Assembly: GCA_043813605.1 (NCBI GenBank)
Contig: JBDRKX010000031.1
Location: forward strand, 1-38,364
DNA from: Elusimicrobiota bacterium
GTDB taxonomy: Bacteria > CG03 > SLGR01 > JBDRKX01
DNA: 38,364 nucleotides
Direction: 5' to 3'
Part shown: positions 35,227 through 38,364 of the stretch, in pieces
Layout: each line of letters begins with the position of its first letter
Position numbering within the stretch: the stretch's first letter is position 1
The notes under the pieces: model-generated
The model's input: only the letters and a program-made list of their open reading frames with translations
Told to the model about the DNA's origin: nothing
Databases searched by the model: none
Program-made: the position numbers and the translations under genes

Positions 35227-36367
35227 TCTCTAACGGGGTAAAGTAAAAACTGAACCTGCTTCCCTTCTCAGACTCACTTTCTACCCGGATTTTGCCGCCG
35301 TGCGCCTCTACCGCCAATTTACAGAAGGTCAATCCCAATCCCTTACCGCGCCTGATCCCTTCCAGCTTAGTATCTATCTGAGAGTACTTCTCAAATATCT
35401 TCTGATGAAACTCTTCCGGGATGCCTATCCCCGTATCGGCCACGGAGACTTCGATATATCCGCCTTCTTCTGTCTCTTTTTTTACAGTTTGAACTGTGAC
35501 AGTGCCGCCTTGTCCCGCGTATTTCAAGGCATTGTTCAAAAGGTTTGTTATTACACGCCGGATAATGATCCTGTCTGCCCGGACAACGGCCGGTTTATCT
35601 TTATCAATCGGTTTGATCTGTATTTTGTTTTGCCTGGCAACATAAATCAGTTTATCAACGCACTGGGATATTATGTCCGTGAGGTCTATTCCCTCCATTT
35701 CAAGCTGGAGTTTTTCTTCTTCCATTTTACTGATATCTATCAGGTTCGATGACAACTCGAGCAGTTCCGAAGAACTCGACTGAGCCTGGACAAGATCATC
35801 CCTTATCTCAGGGCTCAGATCTTCCTCATCGGCCATCAACTCCAGTGAAACACTTATTCCTGTAAGTATATTTCCCATATCGTGCGCGACCATTTTGGAC
35901 AGATCTTCTTTTAACTGCTCAACTCTTTTTAAATCTTCATAACTTTTTTCGAGATCATCATGCAGGGTTTTTATTCTAAGCAGAGATTTTACTCTTGCTG
36001 AAAGTTCATGTTTATCTACAGGCTTGGTGAGAAAATCATCCGCTCCCGCATCAATACTCCTGATTTTGTCATCTTTTTCACCAAGAGAAGTGACCATTAC
36101 TACCGGCAGGAACTTTGTCTCTTCATTTTCTTTTATTTCCCTGCAGACCGCGTAACCGTCTTTTCCCGGCATCATGACATCCAATAGCGCTAGACCGATA
36201 TCCTTCCGGTTATTAAGCGTATCCAGGCAGCTTTCACCCGAAACAGCTTTTATAACCTCATAGCCATGCGGTGTCAAAAACGCTTCCAATAGATCAAGAT
36301 TCTTCTTCTCATCATCTACTATCAATATACTTTGTTTCTTTTTGCTCATTGGTTTTTCGATATCCAT
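35198..36367 (-). CDS. Cytoplasmic hybrid kinase (REC-HisKA-HATPase)
   Basis: ILIVDDE/LDVMMP REC, AHDMGN H-box, NLLNNALKY, DTGIGI and GKGLGL. Confidence 0.93.
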   Translation of the reverse strand: MDIEKPMSKKKQSILIVDDEKKNLDLLEAFLTPHGYEVIKAVSGESCLDTLNNRKDIGLALLDVMMPGKDGYAVCREIKENEETKFLPVVMVTSLGEKDDKIRSIDAGADDFLTKPVDKHELSARVKSLLRIKTLHDDLEKSYEDLKRVEQLKEDLSKMVAHDMGNILTGISVSLELMADEEDLSPEIRDDLVQAQSSSSELLELSSNLIDISKMEEEKLQLEMEGIDLTDIISQCVDKLIYVARQNKIQIKPIDKDKPAVVRADRIIIRRVITNLLNNALKYAGQGGTVTVQTVKKETEEGGYIEVSVADTGIGIPEEFHQKIFEKYSQIDTKLEGIRRGKGLGLTFCKLAVEAHGGKIRVESESEKGSRFSFYFTPLEIMNYTRAKK

Positions 36368-36402
36368 TTTATTTTTTAAGATTTAACAGCAATAACAGTC
36401 AG

Positions 36403-36440
36403 ACCGCCTGATGCTCCGGGTATCCGGCGGTTTTTTCTTT
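36403..36440 (+). terminator. Intrinsic terminator-like hairpin
   Basis: accgcc(t)gatgc-tccgg-gtatc(c)ggcggt followed by tttttcttt. The U-tract is on the plus strand although flanking genes are minus. Confidence 0.45.
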
Positions 36441-36444
36441 TCAT

Positions 36445-36537
36445 TTATGGCTCTCGGGATAGATTATCTATGTGTTCGACAAACTTTTTCACATCAAACG
36501 GTTTAGACATGTATTCATTCGCGCCGTAATCAATACC
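36445..36537 (-). pseudogene. C-terminal fragment of a receiver domain
   Basis: GIDYGANEYMSKPFDVKKFVEHIDNLSREP* (alpha4-beta5-alpha5 with KPF), preceded by an in-frame stop. Confidence 0.7.
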
Positions 36538-36572
36538 TTGTCACATCAGGATTTCTTCTAACGTACCCTAAT

Positions 36573-37001
36573 TTATCCGGTGAGTTCTGAAATCAAACAG
36601 GGCTTATAATTATCCTGTTCATTACGACTTTGAAAATATGCTGAAACCACATTATTTAGTTTATTAATCCCAAAAGGTTTATCCAGGCAATGACATGCTC
36701 CGCTCTCTAAAGACTGCTTTTTACCTACTAAGGAGAAACACCCTGACATTATCATAAAACCTGTATCAGGATATTTTGTCTTGATTGTTTCTATAAAATT
36801 CTCGCCCATATCAAAGCACATTGTATAATCAATAATAATCAAATCATAATTTTTCAAAGATAATTTCTCCTTAGCATCAGTTCTGGTCGTCACAGCTGCA
36901 GTTTCATACTTCTGCTTTCTAAGAAACCTCAGGCATGCATTTGAAATACCTTGATTATCGTCTACTATTAATATGCTGTTCTTTTCAATCTTGTTATTCA
37001 T
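36573..37001 (-). CDS. Single-domain response regulator
   Basis: SILIVDDN, IIDYTM, MIMSG and KPF. Start placed at ATG 37001 behind AAGGAG. Confidence 0.85.
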   Translation of the reverse strand: MNNKIEKNSILIVDDNQGISNACLRFLRKQKYETAAVTTRTDAKEKLSLKNYDLIIIDYTMCFDMGENFIETIKTKYPDTGFMIMSGCFSLVGKKQSLESGACHCLDKPFGINKLNNVVSAYFQSRNEQDNYKPCLISELTG

Positions 37002-37716
37002 TTTCCCGCTCCTTCTTTTTTCCCGTGTCATCTCCTTTGCAGGGCCGGATAAGGTATTCACTTAATTCTTTAAATCTTTGTTTATTTCTGCTTCTATAAA
37101 ATGGGATCAATTTATGATACTCTCTTATTTTGTCTACATCTTTAATTTCTTTAATCTGAATATTTTCTGGGAGATATTTTTTAATATTATGATATGCTCC
37201 GAGAAAAAGTATGCCTTTTTCACCATGCCCTAAAGTTTCGTCTATTCTTTTGGCAATGAATTTATCACGTTCAGCTAATAACCTGTTTTTTATCAATTTA
37301 TATCTTATAAACCCTGCTATTTTCTGAATAATTGTTTTTGCCCTGGTTATGGTACGCATACTTTCCAGTTCTTTTTTAAGCAGTTTAAAATCTTCAGTTC
37401 TAACCAGAATAGCGCCGCGTTTAATAAGGTCTGCGTCTAATTGATAATTTTTGCTTCCTGAACTTATTCCATCTTCAACTATCTTTTTTGCGATATCTCC
37501 ATCAGCCACCATTCCGTCCTGATATAATTTCATCTCTGCCACATCGATGGAACTAAAATAATCTGATATGGAATTCCAAAATTTATCAATTGTATCCATG
37601 TGCCTGTTCCAGAACTCTTCACCCAGATCCGCTATGCCTCTTTTACTTATATCTTTTGCCAATGAACCGAGGTCAGCGCTTGTATGTATAACCGGCGCAT
37701 ATATTAACGTTCGCAT
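36994..37716 (-). CDS. Conserved hypothetical protein, probably gas-vesicle-cluster associated
   Basis: LIYAPVIH..ADLGS, LYQDG, ERDKFIA.RI.ETL...EKGILFLGAYH (TraB/EreA-like H...RD...GxxH pattern). Directly downstream of gvpJ. The cluster association is from recollection. Confidence 0.6.
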   Translation of the reverse strand: MRTLIYAPVIHTSADLGSLAKDISKRGIADLGEEFWNRHMDTIDKFWNSISDYFSSIDVAEMKLYQDGMVADGDIAKKIVEDGISSGSKNYQLDADLIKRGAILVRTEDFKLLKKELESMRTITRAKTIIQKIAGFIRYKLIKNRLLAERDKFIAKRIDETLGHGEKGILFLGAYHNIKKYLPENIQIKEIKDVDKIREYHKLIPFYRSRNKQRFKELSEYLIRPCKGDDTGKKKERENE

Positions 37717-37735
37717 ATTATAATTCTCCTGCTTT

Positions 37736-38032
37736 CTATGCTTTGCTTTTCAATTCCTTAACTTCTGCTTCAAGCTTACTGATCCTATCCTGTCCCTGAG
37801 CATCTTCTGCTTTTGAAGAAAGAAAGGTGTCCCTCTGCCACCAGTCGATTCCCATCTCCAGCGCTTTATCAACAGATGCGACCATAAGTCTTATTTTTAT
37901 AGTCAGCAGATCAATATCAGCAATCTGGATCCTGATATCTCCGGCTATAACGATCCCCTTGTCCAGTACTCTTTCTAATATATCTGATAGGTTGGTGGCC
38001 TGCAATGAATGTTGCATTCTCTGTTCTGACAT
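37736..38032 (-). CDS. gvpJ: Gas vesicle protein, GvpA/GvpJ family
   Basis: LSDILERVLDKGIVIAGDI...LLTIKIRLMVASVDKA.EMGIDWW..D.FLSS, with a coiled-coil tail typical of GvpJ. Confidence 0.88.
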   Translation of the reverse strand: MSEQRMQHSLQATNLSDILERVLDKGIVIAGDIRIQIADIDLLTIKIRLMVASVDKALEMGIDWWQRDTFLSSKAEDAQGQDRISKLEAEVKELKSKA

Positions 38033-38056
38033 AAAATTATTTCTCCTTATTTTTTG

Positions 38057-38364
38057 TTATATTCCGCTTTCTTTTGTCCCGATTTCGCAAAGCGATACGC
38101 TTATTCTTTTAAATTCCCTGTATTTATTTAAAACTTTCTCTATGTAAGTTTTTTCGATTCCCGGGCGAGCCAGCCAGAGATTGCCCGCATAATAATATGC
38201 GAGAGCTTTTTTTGTATTGCCGTGCATATTCATAAGGCCCCGTAGATGTTTTGCGCCCCCGGCAATATTTTTACCTGCGTTAAATGGTTCTTCGACATTC
38301 AAAAGATATGCAGTAGCCGGCATAAGCTGCGTAAGCCCCATTGCGCCTTTATGGGATACGGCTG
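38057..38364 (-). CDS. Lytic transglycosylase (SLT domain), 5' end outside the window
   Basis: AVSHKGAMGLTQLMPATA, NIAGGAKHL and ALAYYYAG; the frame stays open to the window edge. Confidence 0.88.
   Translation of the reverse strand, partial: AVSHKGAMGLTQLMPATAYLLNVEEPFNAGKNIAGGAKHLRGLMNMHGNTKKALAYYYAGNLWLARPGIEKTYIEKVLNKYREFKRISVSLCEIGTKESGI

Overview
Bacterial genomic window (diderm: TonB-dependent receptor, lipoprotein, PorV-like barrel; Fe-S-rich and probably anaerobic, which is inference), with most genes on the minus strand. It carries a DUF362-TPR-histidine kinase-diguanylate cyclase-U32 pair-REC operon, a heavily deleted exosortase/EpsI-type exopolysaccharide locus, hisF, a B12 radical SAM gene, rsgA, clpB, a TBDR plus substrate-binding protein pair, PEGA and TPR proteins, several receiver-domain genes, a stranded gas-vesicle gvpJ and a partial lytic transglycosylase. 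The standout is a 2716-aa protein (11312-19462, minus). It joins a signal peptide, five tandem ~162-aa Trp-bearing beta-rich repeats I cannot assign to a family, a ~780-aa polytopic membrane region and a ChvB/NdvB-type GH94 phosphorylase module, without the GT84 synthase domain. It may be a one-polypeptide glucan bind/translocate/phosphorolyse machine. A second theme is repeated internal deletions that splice gene starts to distant gene ends, plus single-base homopolymer frameshifts. All family calls come from motif recognition by eye; no searches were run.
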